A DNA stretch of 45,757 nt from assembly GCA_964549955.1 (NCBI GenBank), contig CAZJXZ010000001.1:1-45757 (forward strand). Direction: 5' to 3'. Made by a program: the position numbers and the translations under genes. Shown here in pieces: positions 8,252-17,102 of this stretch (positions are counted from its first letter, which is position 1; every line of letters begins with the position of its first letter). The DNA comes from an uncultured Eubacteriales bacterium. Lineage in GTDB: Bacteria > Acidobacteriota > Aminicenantia > Aminicenantales > Aminicenantaceae. Under the pieces are notes generated by a model. It saw only the letters and a program-made list of their open reading frames with translations. It ran no database searches and was not told the origin of the DNA.

Positions 8252-10321
8252 ATGAACAAGAATTCAACCTTCTTTCTTGTTTTCCTGGCGGCGATAATCC
8301 TTCTAAACACCCAAGAAAAGCTCTCCCCAGAGCAGCGCAACTGGCTCGAGACTGTCTCTCCTATCATCACCAGAACAGAAAGAGAAGTTTTTCTTAAGCT
8401 GAAGACAAATCAGGAGAGAGAAAAGTTCATCCAACTTTTCTGGAAGAGACACGATCCCCTGCCTGATACAGAGCAGAATGAGTTTTATGAGGAATACATG
8501 AAAAGAGTCCAGTTTGCTGACCTTAATTTTGGCCGTGAAAGCTCAAAAAAAGGGAGTCAGACAGAAAGAGGTTATTTCTATCTTCTTCTCGGTTCTCCTC
8601 TGGAAAGGCAAATCTACGCCACAAGCTCTGAGGTCTGGCCTCTTGAACTCTGGCAGTATAAGGGAGAGCAGGAGTATGGCTTACCGCCATTTTTTTACCT
8701 GATCTTCTATCAACCCCAGGGATTGGGCGATTACCGCCTCTATCATCCGGGAGTTGAGGGCCCGGAGAAGCTGGTCATTCCTGCACTCTCTGGCCGGGTG
8801 CTGAATCAGAGGACTGCCTATCAGCTGGTTAAGAAAGTATCAAGCGAACTCGCCAATGCTTCCCTGAGTTACATTCCGGGCGAAAGCACCCTGGGAACTA
8901 GCGGCCTCTCCTCTGAGACTGTTATCTCCAGCACCTATTCTCTGCCTGAGAAAAAATTCTCTGACGCTTACGCTCGCAACTTCCTCTATTACAAAGACTA
9001 TGTCGAGACAGATTACAGCCATAACTTTATCGACAATAACTTCAAGGTCAAAATTTTCAAGAACGCTGAACATTTCTATCTTCACTGGACTCTGGAGCCG
9101 AAAAAAATCAATTTCGCCTTCTATAAGGGCAAATACTATGCTTCCTTTCAGATGGTGATAAGGATGGAAGACTTCCAGGGAAACCCTGTTCTGGAAAAGG
9201 AAGAAGAGATTCCTCTCGAGATTTCTCCTGAAGACTACAAACAACACGAACGCCAGCTCTTTGCCTTTCAAGACATGCTGCCTGTCATTCCCGGGAATTT
9301 TAAACTCTTTCTCCTGCTCAAGAGCAAGACCGCCAAAGATTTCACTTCATTTCAGACTGAGGTCTCAGTCCCTGATGATAACGCTGGCCCTCTGCTCAGC
9401 AACCTGATTCTCTATCATGGCCGGGAAGAAATCGAGGAAGGTCAGAAAAGGAGGCTCAAAGCCTTCACTTTCGATGGAGAGCAGTATGTCATCAACGCTC
9501 AGGGCAATTTTCTTCCTCAGGAAGAAATGGGCCTTTACTGCCAGCTCTACAACTTCAAAGAAAAAAATAAAGGATCGCTCCTCATTGAGATTTTTTCCAT
9601 GGACTCCGAGTCCCCTGTGCAGAGCTATAAGAAGCCTTTGAAGGAGGTTTTAGCTGCTGATCAAAGCGGAATTGATGCTGGGCCTCTCTCCCTTTCAACT
9701 CTAAAACCCGGATATTATCGAATCCTGGCCTCCATTCTTGATGAAAACGGAATTAAGCTCCTGAGCGAAAGGGAGAATTTCATCCTTCTCTCCCAGGCAT
9801 ACCCTGTTATCCCCTGGATCTACTCCAAACTCCACAATCCTTTGCCTGACCCGGAACAAGTTTATCTCTTGGCCTCTCAGTATTTTATGACCAAAAACTA
9901 TCAGCCAGCCAGGAATTCTCTCGAGCAGGCTCTGAAATTGAAGGACGCAGCTAATATCAGGCTTCTCCTGGCAAAAACCCTTTATGCCCTTGGCCAATAT
10001 AAAGATTCCCTGGCCATCGTCTTCCCTGTCTACCAGGCTAGGCAGGAGAGGGAAGCAGCCAAAATCATCGCTGTCAACTATGCTGGCCTTGAAGATTGGG
10101 CCTCTGCCCTTGTCTATCTGGAAAAGCTCATGGAGCAGGCGACTGAAATCAGCGTCTTGAACCTGGCGGCTGAATGCTATCTCCATCTCAACCAGCCGAA
10201 GAAAGCCCTTCCTCTTCTTCAAAAATCTCTTGAGCTCAAACCCGACCAGGAGAAAATCAAAGAGCTGGAGAAAAAAGCAAAAAAACTTCAGGAACAAGAG
10301 GCCAGCTTTTCTCATCCCTAA
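8252..10321 (+). CDS. GWxTD-domain-like secreted protein with C-terminal TPR repeats
   Basis: Signal peptide, then the family-typical N-terminal block EREKFIQLFWKRHDPLPDTEQNEFYEEYMKRVQFADLNF...GSQTERGYFYLLLGSP. This is a GWxTD-type signature with W->S and D->E. The C-terminal ~150 aa are TPR-like. Confidence 0.7.
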   Translation: MNKNSTFFLVFLAAIILLNTQEKLSPEQRNWLETVSPIITRTEREVFLKLKTNQEREKFIQLFWKRHDPLPDTEQNEFYEEYMKRVQFADLNFGRESSKKGSQTERGYFYLLLGSPLERQIYATSSEVWPLELWQYKGEQEYGLPPFFYLIFYQPQGLGDYRLYHPGVEGPEKLVIPALSGRVLNQRTAYQLVKKVSSELANASLSYIPGESTLGTSGLSSETVISSTYSLPEKKFSDAYARNFLYYKDYVETDYSHNFIDNNFKVKIFKNAEHFYLHWTLEPKKINFAFYKGKYYASFQMVIRMEDFQGNPVLEKEEEIPLEISPEDYKQHERQLFAFQDMLPVIPGNFKLFLLLKSKTAKDFTSFQTEVSVPDDNAGPLLSNLILYHGREEIEEGQKRRLKAFTFDGEQYVINAQGNFLPQEEMGLYCQLYNFKEKNKGSLLIEIFSMDSESPVQSYKKPLKEVLAADQSGIDAGPLSLSTLKPGYYRILASILDENGIKLLSERENFILLSQAYPVIPWIYSKLHNPLPDPEQVYLLASQYFMTKNYQPARNSLEQALKLKDAANIRLLLAKTLYALGQYKDSLAIVFPVYQARQEREAAKIIAVNYAGLEDWASALVYLEKLMEQATEISVLNLAAECYLHLNQPKKALPLLQKSLELKPDQEKIKELEKKAKKLQEQEASFSHP

Positions 10322-10372
10322 AATTTTTTAAATAGAGATTTAAAAATTAGAGAGACAATTGAGGAGGGATGG

Positions 10373-11287
10373 ATGATAAAAAGAACGATAATTCTTTTAT
10401 TCCTCGCCGTCTTTCTTCTCTCCAGCCTCTGGCCCCAAGTTCAAGGCAAGATCGAAGGAATCGTCACCGATAATGAGGGCAAGCCGCTGGAGGGAGTCAC
10501 GGTTACAATTATTTCCTTAAAAGTGACTTCATTAAAATTCGAGCTCAAGTCTGATAAAAACGGCAAATTCACTCAGGTCGGAATCTGGCCTGGATATTAT
10601 CAGGTTAACCTTAAGAAATCAGGCTATCTTTCTGTCTCCCGTGAAGCCAAGGTGGGCATCGCCGAAACAAGCACACTGGAGATTAAAATGGAGAAGGCTC
10701 AGGAAACCATGGAGCAAAGCCTCTCCAAGGCTGATAGCCTCTTTCTAAAAGGCTACAAGCTTTACGAAGAGAATAAATACCAAGAGGCGGCAGCTGCTTA
10801 CCAGGAGGCAATAAAAATCAACTCGACTCAGTGGGGCTATCATTTCAACCTGGGCCTGACTTATAAAAAATTAAATAGAAGGGAAGATACTCTCGCAGCG
10901 TTCCAGAAAGCAGCGGAACTCAATCCTGAAAGCTTCAGCATCAATAGAGAGCTGGGAGAGGTCTTAGCCAAGGCCGGAAATTTTGAGCAGGCAATGAAAT
11001 ACTACAAGAAAGCCACTGAACTCAGCCCAGATGACCCGGATGCTTTTTATAATCTTGGAGTCTGTCTGCTGAACTTGGATGAATCCGAAGAAGCTCTGCG
11101 AGCTTTCTTGAAAGTTGTCGAACTGAAGCCAGACTACGCTGATGCCTATTACCAGTTGGGAACCCTCTCTATCAATCAGAACAAGAAGGAAGAAGCTGTG
11201 AAATATTTGGAAAAATTCCTAGCCCTGGCTCCAGAGCACGAAAAAGCGGGCTTAGCCAGGCAACTGCTTGATTATTTAAAGAAATAA
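10373..11287 (+). CDS. Secreted CarboxypepD_reg-like domain + TPR repeat protein
   Basis: Signal peptide, then GKIEGIVTDNEGKPLEGVTVTI...DKNGKFTQVGIWPGYYQV (carboxypeptidase-regulatory-like beta-sandwich). About five TPR units follow (AAAAYQEAIKINS, AFQKAAELNPE, YYKKATELSPDD, AFLKVVELKPDY). Confidence 0.8.
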   Translation: MIKRTIILLFLAVFLLSSLWPQVQGKIEGIVTDNEGKPLEGVTVTIISLKVTSLKFELKSDKNGKFTQVGIWPGYYQVNLKKSGYLSVSREAKVGIAETSTLEIKMEKAQETMEQSLSKADSLFLKGYKLYEENKYQEAAAAYQEAIKINSTQWGYHFNLGLTYKKLNRREDTLAAFQKAAELNPESFSINRELGEVLAKAGNFEQAMKYYKKATELSPDDPDAFYNLGVCLLNLDESEEALRAFLKVVELKPDYADAYYQLGTLSINQNKKEEAVKYLEKFLALAPEHEKAGLARQLLDYLKK

Positions 11288-11296
11288 AGAGAAAAG

Positions 11297-12724
11297 ATGA
11301 AGGTCAAAAAAATATTTAAGCCTGTCCTTTTGTCACTGATTTTAATCCTTCTCAACTTTAATCTAGCGGCTGTGAATGAAGATAAATACGAGAACTGGCT
11401 GAATAAAGAAGTGAATCTGATCATAACCGAAGCAGAAAAAACTGAATTTAAAAAACTCGAAAAAGAGAGAGAAAAGGATTTTTTTATCAAGCTTTTCTGG
11501 GCAAAAAGAGACCCTACCCCTCAAACTGAGAAAAACGAGTTCAGAGATGAGTACTATCAGCGGCTGCAATATGTAAAAAACGCTTTTATTTACGCCTACA
11601 AAACAGGAACAGAAACAGATATGGGAAAAGTCTATCTCTATTTTGGCAAACCCAGGGTCTTGCATCCGAGCACATCCCCTTCAGGACTCCAACAGACCTT
11701 CCCTCAAGAAATATGGATCTATCCTTCTCAACCCTGGATGAATCTTCCTAAAAAAACTTTTAACGTTGTCTTCTCTCATGACGGCATCGGCTATGTCATC
11801 GACCAGAACCAGACTGATTTCAGAGTCATGCAGGCCTTTTATTCCTATCCAGAAAAAATTCTTCTTCACCCAGATTTAAAAGAGCTACCTTTCGCCAAAA
11901 AACCTTCGCTTCTGCCTCCTGAATCTTTTGAGGGAAAGCTCATCCAGCAGATAAAATCTTCCCAGGAAGATATTGTCCAGATTCCGTTTGAAAAAAAAGT
12001 GCTATTCACCAAGGCTGAGAATGAAAGCACCTACCTGACCTTTCTCTTGAAAATTGAACCTGGAGAGAAAAAAGAGGCCATTCAGAAAAAGATGGTCATT
12101 TTCGGAAGTCTTGAGCAAGATGGCCAATCATTCGATTTTCTTCAAGAAAGAGAGCTTCAAGAAGAAGAAAGCTATTTTATAGCTCAGGTCGGATTCCCTC
12201 TTCTTCCCGGTGATTACAAAATCTTTATCGGGTTTGCTACCATGGACAAAAAATCATATTCAATCAAGATGGACCGGATTCAAGTTCCCGATTTCTGGAC
12301 TCAGGAGCTCGCCCTTTCCTCCCTTCTTGCTTCGGCTCAGGTGAGAGAGAAAGAAGTTGCGGATAAAAAAGCTGAGTTTGACGTTTTTTCTATGGGCCGC
12401 TATGCTCTTCTGCCCCGATTCAGCCCTGGCTACAAGAAAGACGAATCTCTGAATTTGTTTTACTACATCTACAACATGGCCAGAGACGAAAATCAAAACT
12501 GCTCGTTACTGATTGAAATCGAGCTTCAAAAAGGAGAGAAAAGGTTCGACCTCAACCCTCAAAGAAGGCAGAGAAACGTGGCTGAGGGAGCAGCAATCCT
12601 CGAAGGAACTCGAATTCCTCTTTCCGCTCTTCCCGAAGGAGGAGAATACGAGCTTCGAGTTAAAGTGACCGATGAGCTCACTCAAAAAAAAGCCGAAGAA
12701 AAGATAAAATTCTCTCTGCTTTAG
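11297..12724 (+). CDS. GWxTD-domain-like secreted protein (paralogue of 8252..10321, without the TPR tail)
   Basis: Signal peptide, then EREKDFFIKLFWAKRDPTPQTEKNEFRDEYYQRLQYVKNAF...TGTETDMGKVYLYFGKP. It starts 9 nt after the previous gene. Confidence 0.7.
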   Translation: MKVKKIFKPVLLSLILILLNFNLAAVNEDKYENWLNKEVNLIITEAEKTEFKKLEKEREKDFFIKLFWAKRDPTPQTEKNEFRDEYYQRLQYVKNAFIYAYKTGTETDMGKVYLYFGKPRVLHPSTSPSGLQQTFPQEIWIYPSQPWMNLPKKTFNVVFSHDGIGYVIDQNQTDFRVMQAFYSYPEKILLHPDLKELPFAKKPSLLPPESFEGKLIQQIKSSQEDIVQIPFEKKVLFTKAENESTYLTFLLKIEPGEKKEAIQKKMVIFGSLEQDGQSFDFLQERELQEEESYFIAQVGFPLLPGDYKIFIGFATMDKKSYSIKMDRIQVPDFWTQELALSSLLASAQVREKEVADKKAEFDVFSMGRYALLPRFSPGYKKDESLNLFYYIYNMARDENQNCSLLIEIELQKGEKRFDLNPQRRQRNVAEGAAILEGTRIPLSALPEGGEYELRVKVTDELTQKKAEEKIKFSLL

Positions 12725-12727
12725 CCG

Positions 12728-13759
12728 TCATCTTCGAAGCTTTTTTCTCATCAGAACATAGAAATCTCTGCGGCGTTGACCTTCTTCAACCTGCCTGAAA
12801 TCGATGATTTTATAATTCCTCCGGAACAAATCCATAAAAACCTTTCTTGTCTTCAGCCTCCATTCAAGGGGAATATTTCTAACCGCAACCTCGATGACAT
12901 CCGTCTCTTGAAGCATATAATAAAAATCGTAGGGAATCTCGACGAGCAGGAATTCCTCTCTTAGGGAAAGGTTGACCTTCTTAATGACCTCAAGCTTGAC
13001 GACACCTTTCCGGCCTTTGACCTCTTCCAGCGTCGCCTCGACAGCCAACTGCCCTGACTCAATCAAAGATTCAAGGTCATAGTCTGGCCTTTGTATCTTT
13101 TTCTTCAAATCCCAGCGGACAATAAACCTATCGCAGGGAATATCGACCCGGTTTAAAAGCCCGCCGAAGTCTCCATAAAGAGCTTCACGGTAATCGACCA
13201 CTTCCATCCCGAAATGGTGAATGTTCCTGTAGGCATTGACTCCAGTCAAAGGGTCATAAGTGTTGATCACAGTATAAATCCCGAAAACCTCAATCAGCAT
13301 CTTCCTCTGGAATTCCTTGATCAGCACTCCCAAGCCGTAGTGCTCAAAGTCTGGCTTGACACCCGTATACTGAGAATAGAACTGCAGGTTGGATGACCGT
13401 CTGAAGCCAATCTCCTTGTTTTTTACGCCGACAAAGCCGTAAGAAAAACCGACAAGATTCTCCTTAGTTTTTCTGAAGCAGCCTTCTTTGTCCGCAGCAT
13501 AGACAGCGATGAAAAGGCTGCTTCCCTCATGAATAAAATTCTCGCACCACATGTTCCGTGGCCCGGGAAGGGTATCCTTGGGGTCGGCCCAGATCTCATA
13601 CCTCAGCTCTTCGTACTTCGAGTAGTCCCTGTAGTCTTCCGACGCCTCCATCTCAAGAAGAAACATCTTCCCTTTGATCTCATGAATCTTTCTTAATTTT
13701 TTCATCGCCGTCGATAATTGAGCGAACTTGATTTTAGCCAAAGATCCTTCTTGATGCAA
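12728..13759 (-). CDS. GNAT-fold-like protein (resembles COG3375 'predicted acetyltransferase' family); start uncertain
   Basis: The segment TYDPLTGVNAYRNIHHFGMEVVDYREALYGDFGGLLNRVDIPCDRFIVRWDL matches my memory of the DPL..NA..N..LG...Y...YG....LN.G..SDR..V.W.L block of that family. The ORF-track start is a TTG. The internal ATG at 13705 (MKKLRKI...) is an alternative start. Confidence 0.45.
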   Translation of the reverse strand: MHQEGSLAKIKFAQLSTAMKKLRKIHEIKGKMFLLEMEASEDYRDYSKYEELRYEIWADPKDTLPGPRNMWCENFIHEGSSLFIAVYAADKEGCFRKTKENLVGFSYGFVGVKNKEIGFRRSSNLQFYSQYTGVKPDFEHYGLGVLIKEFQRKMLIEVFGIYTVINTYDPLTGVNAYRNIHHFGMEVVDYREALYGDFGGLLNRVDIPCDRFIVRWDLKKKIQRPDYDLESLIESGQLAVEATLEEVKGRKGVVKLEVIKKVNLSLREEFLLVEIPYDFYYMLQETDVIEVAVRNIPLEWRLKTRKVFMDLFRRNYKIIDFRQVEEGQRRRDFYVLMRKKLRR

Positions 13760-13771
13760 ACATAATAGCTT

Positions 13772-13829
13772 CCCAAATTCTGTGACAGGACCCCCTAGCC
13801 ATATTTATATGACTATCACGGAATTTGGG
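13772..13829. promoter_or_regulatory. 58-bp imperfect palindrome in a divergent promoter region (17-nt arms, 24-nt spacer)
   Basis: CCCAAATTCTGTGACAG (13772-13788) and CTATCACGGAATTTGGG (13813-13829) are reverse complements at 15 of 17 positions. Confidence 0.35.
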
Positions 13830-13933
13830 CCGCACACTGCAAATATTGAATCCTTCCCCCTTTTAGTATATGGTTATTAGCCTCAGTTATGTCTTAGCAA
13901 CTCTAAGGTCAACTAACTTTTAAGGAGGCAGGA

Positions 13934-16435
13934 ATGAAGACAATCAACAAAAGCGTCTTAATCGCTCTCTTTTTCTTTCTCGCCTTTTATCTGCCTGCAG
14001 CAGAAATTCAAGTCAAAGTCATAAAAAGCGCTGAGGACCTTCCCGAGCAATTCTGCTCTTTATGGCAAAAAGGCGATTTTCTTCTTTCTGATGGAAAGAT
14101 CCTAGTGATTATCGGGGCAAGCTCGAGGTCTGTAAAAAACATGCTCAACTATCTTTCCCCGGATCTCCTGGGAAGCATCATCAGCTTTGTTCCGGCAGGA
14201 AAGAACCTGGAGAGCAACCTAGTCATCGGCCCGCCAGTGCTGAGGAGAAAGGACAGGAGGGAAGAGCTGGCTTACGCCTCGATCCTGCCTTTAAAAGAAA
14301 CAGAGCAAGCAGCTGCGGCTTTTGAAGCCTTGACCTCGTATCAAGGAAAGAAAGGAGAGAAAGCTGAGATAAAAACTCTCTATTCTTTTTATCCTGATGA
14401 AGCAAAAATCGATATATTCTCTACCCTGACCAACACTGGAGCAAAAGAGCTTGAGGACATCAACTACTCTCTTTATTTCAATCCTCTCCACTCCTACTCC
14501 TTCAGCCCCTTTCATCGAGAAAAGCATCCAAACCTGAACTTCAGAGTCTACCAGAAAAACGGCTACTATCTGGCCTGGCTGAATATGAACCCTCTGCCAA
14601 AGGATGAAGAATTTCCTTCGATAAAGCTTCCGCCTGGGAAAGCTTTCAAGATTCATTACATTCTCCTTGTCAACACTCAATTCGAAGACCTGCTCCAGAG
14701 GGCCTATGGGGTCTTCAAGGTCAAGCCGCTTGAGGCGCTCCTTCATTTCAAAGACATCAACTCGGGCTTGGCGGAAGTCGTCATCATCGACGCCTTCTCC
14801 CCTTCGCTTTTCTTTCGCTCCATGCTTGAAAATCCCCTTTCCCTCAGAGTGCCTCTTCCCAAAGGAATCTATAAAGTCAGGGCGAATTTTTTTCCTGCTG
14901 TCAGCGAAGAATTGCTAGTTGTTGCTGAAGCAGAGGAAAGCTCGTGCATCCTTCAAAATCCGCCTCAGGGCAGAGTGAAAGTGAGAATCAGAGACAGCCG
15001 CGGAGCGTTTGTGCCGGGCAAGGTGACCTTCATCGGACTTTCTCCGACTCGAACTCCATATTTCAAGCCCGAAAACCCGGTCAAGAGTGGAAGGCAATGG
15101 GAAACATTCAAGAATTCCTGTTATCCTCAAGAAGAAGGCCTTGAGTTGGGCCTTCCTGTGGGAACCTATCTCATCTACGCTTCCAGAGGCCCGGAATACT
15201 CCATGGACCAGAAAATCGTCGAAGTGCTGAAGGATGAGCTGCAAGAGCTCGTTTTCCGCATCGACCGAGTGCTCGAAACGCCGCATCTTATCTCACTCGA
15301 CCCCCATCTCCATACAACCAATTCAGATGGACGGATGGGCATAGCTGAGAGAATAAAATCGATTGTCGCTGAAGGAGTCGATGTCGCTGTGGCCTCAGAC
15401 CATAATTTCGTCTCGGATTACAATCCGGCTCTCAAGAGACTCGGTTTAGAGAAATACCTGGCTGTTGTCTATGGAAACGAAGTGACCCATCCTGATGACT
15501 TAGTCCATTACAACACTTATCCCTTAAAATTGAGGGTGGATGAGGAAAGGAACGGCGCCATCCATCCTTTTGCCGAAGAAGCCCCTCTGCTCTTCGAGGT
15601 AAGCCGGAAAAAGGACCCGGAAGCAATCCTTCAAGTGAACCATCCCCGGGCAGGAGATTTGGGCTATTTCAACAATTATCAACTTGACGAGGAACAAGCC
15701 GCCTTTGCCCGCGAGCATTTCAACACTTCCTTCGATGTGCTCGAAGTAATGAACGGGCCTCATTTTTATTCATCAAATTCTGTGGCTATCGAGGACTGGT
15801 TTCACCTTCTCAACCAGGGTTACTATTTCCCGCTTGTCGGCTCTTCAGATACCCATTCCATAGACAGGGAAGAGCCTGGCTATTCACGAACCTATGTTTT
15901 CTACGAGGGAGGGGAAGGCTATCAATTGAACTGGGCTACGCTTGCCCTCTCTTTGAAGAAAGGCCGCTCTTTTACCACAAACGGTCCTCTTGTTGAGTTC
16001 AAGGTCAACGGCAAATATACTTCAGGCGATACCTTGACTGCAAAGGATGGACGAGTCGAGCTCTGGATGAAAGTCCAGAGCGCTCCCTGGATAGCCGTGA
16101 ATGAGGTAAGAGTCATCGTCAACGGGGAGAGGAAAATCATCTTCCCCGTCAAAACTACAAAGGAGGTCGTTTCCAAATTCGAAGACCTGGTCAGCTTGCT
16201 GCTGAAAAAGGATTCTTACCTTGCGCTTGAAGTCCTGGGCAAAGAGAGCCTTTTCCCTGTCTTGCAGCGTTGGTCTCCGAGCGGCTTCTTGAGCGATGCC
16301 AATCTCCCCTACGCTTTGACCAACCCTGTCTTTGTCGATGTCGATGGAAACGGCAAATTCGACGCTTCTCTGCCCCGGAAAATCAGACTAACCTCTGACA
16401 TTTCGCAATCAAAGGAATTCATACCTCATTATTGA
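13934..16435 (+). CDS. Secreted PHP-domain metallohydrolase (CehA/McbA-like) with a large N-terminal beta-rich region
   Basis: GGAGG RBS and a signal peptide. PHP motifs are DPHLHTTNSDG, VASDHN, GNEVTH, VNHP and GSSDTHS. A CarboxypepD_reg-like stretch (GRVKVRIRDSRGAFVPGKVTF...GTYLIYASRG) precedes the PHP core. Confidence 0.7.
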   Translation: MKTINKSVLIALFFFLAFYLPAAEIQVKVIKSAEDLPEQFCSLWQKGDFLLSDGKILVIIGASSRSVKNMLNYLSPDLLGSIISFVPAGKNLESNLVIGPPVLRRKDRREELAYASILPLKETEQAAAAFEALTSYQGKKGEKAEIKTLYSFYPDEAKIDIFSTLTNTGAKELEDINYSLYFNPLHSYSFSPFHREKHPNLNFRVYQKNGYYLAWLNMNPLPKDEEFPSIKLPPGKAFKIHYILLVNTQFEDLLQRAYGVFKVKPLEALLHFKDINSGLAEVVIIDAFSPSLFFRSMLENPLSLRVPLPKGIYKVRANFFPAVSEELLVVAEAEESSCILQNPPQGRVKVRIRDSRGAFVPGKVTFIGLSPTRTPYFKPENPVKSGRQWETFKNSCYPQEEGLELGLPVGTYLIYASRGPEYSMDQKIVEVLKDELQELVFRIDRVLETPHLISLDPHLHTTNSDGRMGIAERIKSIVAEGVDVAVASDHNFVSDYNPALKRLGLEKYLAVVYGNEVTHPDDLVHYNTYPLKLRVDEERNGAIHPFAEEAPLLFEVSRKKDPEAILQVNHPRAGDLGYFNNYQLDEEQAAFAREHFNTSFDVLEVMNGPHFYSSNSVAIEDWFHLLNQGYYFPLVGSSDTHSIDREEPGYSRTYVFYEGGEGYQLNWATLALSLKKGRSFTTNGPLVEFKVNGKYTSGDTLTAKDGRVELWMKVQSAPWIAVNEVRVIVNGERKIIFPVKTTKEVVSKFEDLVSLLLKKDSYLALEVLGKESLFPVLQRWSPSGFLSDANLPYALTNPVFVDVDGNGKFDASLPRKIRLTSDISQSKEFIPHY

Positions 16436-16464
16436 AAAGAAGAAGAATATAAAATTTTAGGACG

Positions 16465-17079
16465 ATGGTCATGAAATGGCAACCTTTTAAGCCAAAAGAT
16501 CCTGGTTGCTTTTACAGCGAGCCTAATCTTCTGACCCTTATTCGCTTAATTCTTTCCCTCACTTTTTTTATCCTGGCCACCACCCGAGGAAATCCGACAT
16601 ATAACTTTATCGGTCTCGCCATTCATTGGCTGGGCGATGTCCTTGATGGATTTTATGCACGAAAACTCAAACAGGAAACAATCCTGGGTGCTGAAATTGA
16701 CATCATTGCCGATAGAATTGAAACTCTTTTTTTCTACATCAATTTTCTGTTTTTTCGTCCCGCGCTTTTCCTCCCTGTGGCCATTTATCTCATCAATTTT
16801 GCCTTTGTCGATTTCTATTTAAGCTACCAGTTTCTAAAATTTGACCTTATCTCTCCCATTTATTTCTACAAGGTCTCGCGGCCCGTCTATATTTTAAATT
16901 TCTCCTCTTTAGCAAGATTCTCCAACTCGACAGTCGTGACTCTTCTCTTGATTTTTCTGCCCCAGTTTCAGATCATAGCCTCGGTGTTTGCCTGCGGCTT
17001 AATCGCCCTGAAATCTTTCTCCATCCATCTCTTGTATAAAATAGGATTAACTTATAAAAAACAAGTATCGACAGTATAA
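16465..17079 (+). CDS. CDP-alcohol phosphatidyltransferase family protein
   Basis: The full family motif D-G-x2-A-R-x8-G-x3-D-x3-D is present as DVLDGFYARKLKQETILGAEIDIIADR. The 204-aa protein is polytopic. It starts 29 nt after the PHP gene. Confidence 0.85.
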   Translation: MVMKWQPFKPKDPGCFYSEPNLLTLIRLILSLTFFILATTRGNPTYNFIGLAIHWLGDVLDGFYARKLKQETILGAEIDIIADRIETLFFYINFLFFRPALFLPVAIYLINFAFVDFYLSYQFLKFDLISPIYFYKVSRPVYILNFSSLARFSNSTVVTLLLIFLPQFQIIASVFACGLIALKSFSIHLLYKIGLTYKKQVSTV

Positions 17080-17102
17080 AGGATTATGAGAATAATAAGG
17101 CG

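Noticed and set aside
9701-10315. 204-aa ORF antisense to the TPR part of the GWxTD gene. Similar long antisense ORFs occur at 6090-6575, 14291-14746, 21317-21835, 30706-31434 and 39232-39876.
   Set aside because: Each lies entirely inside a well-supported gene on the other strand. They have no RBS, no recognisable motifs and low-complexity translations, so they are shadow ORFs.
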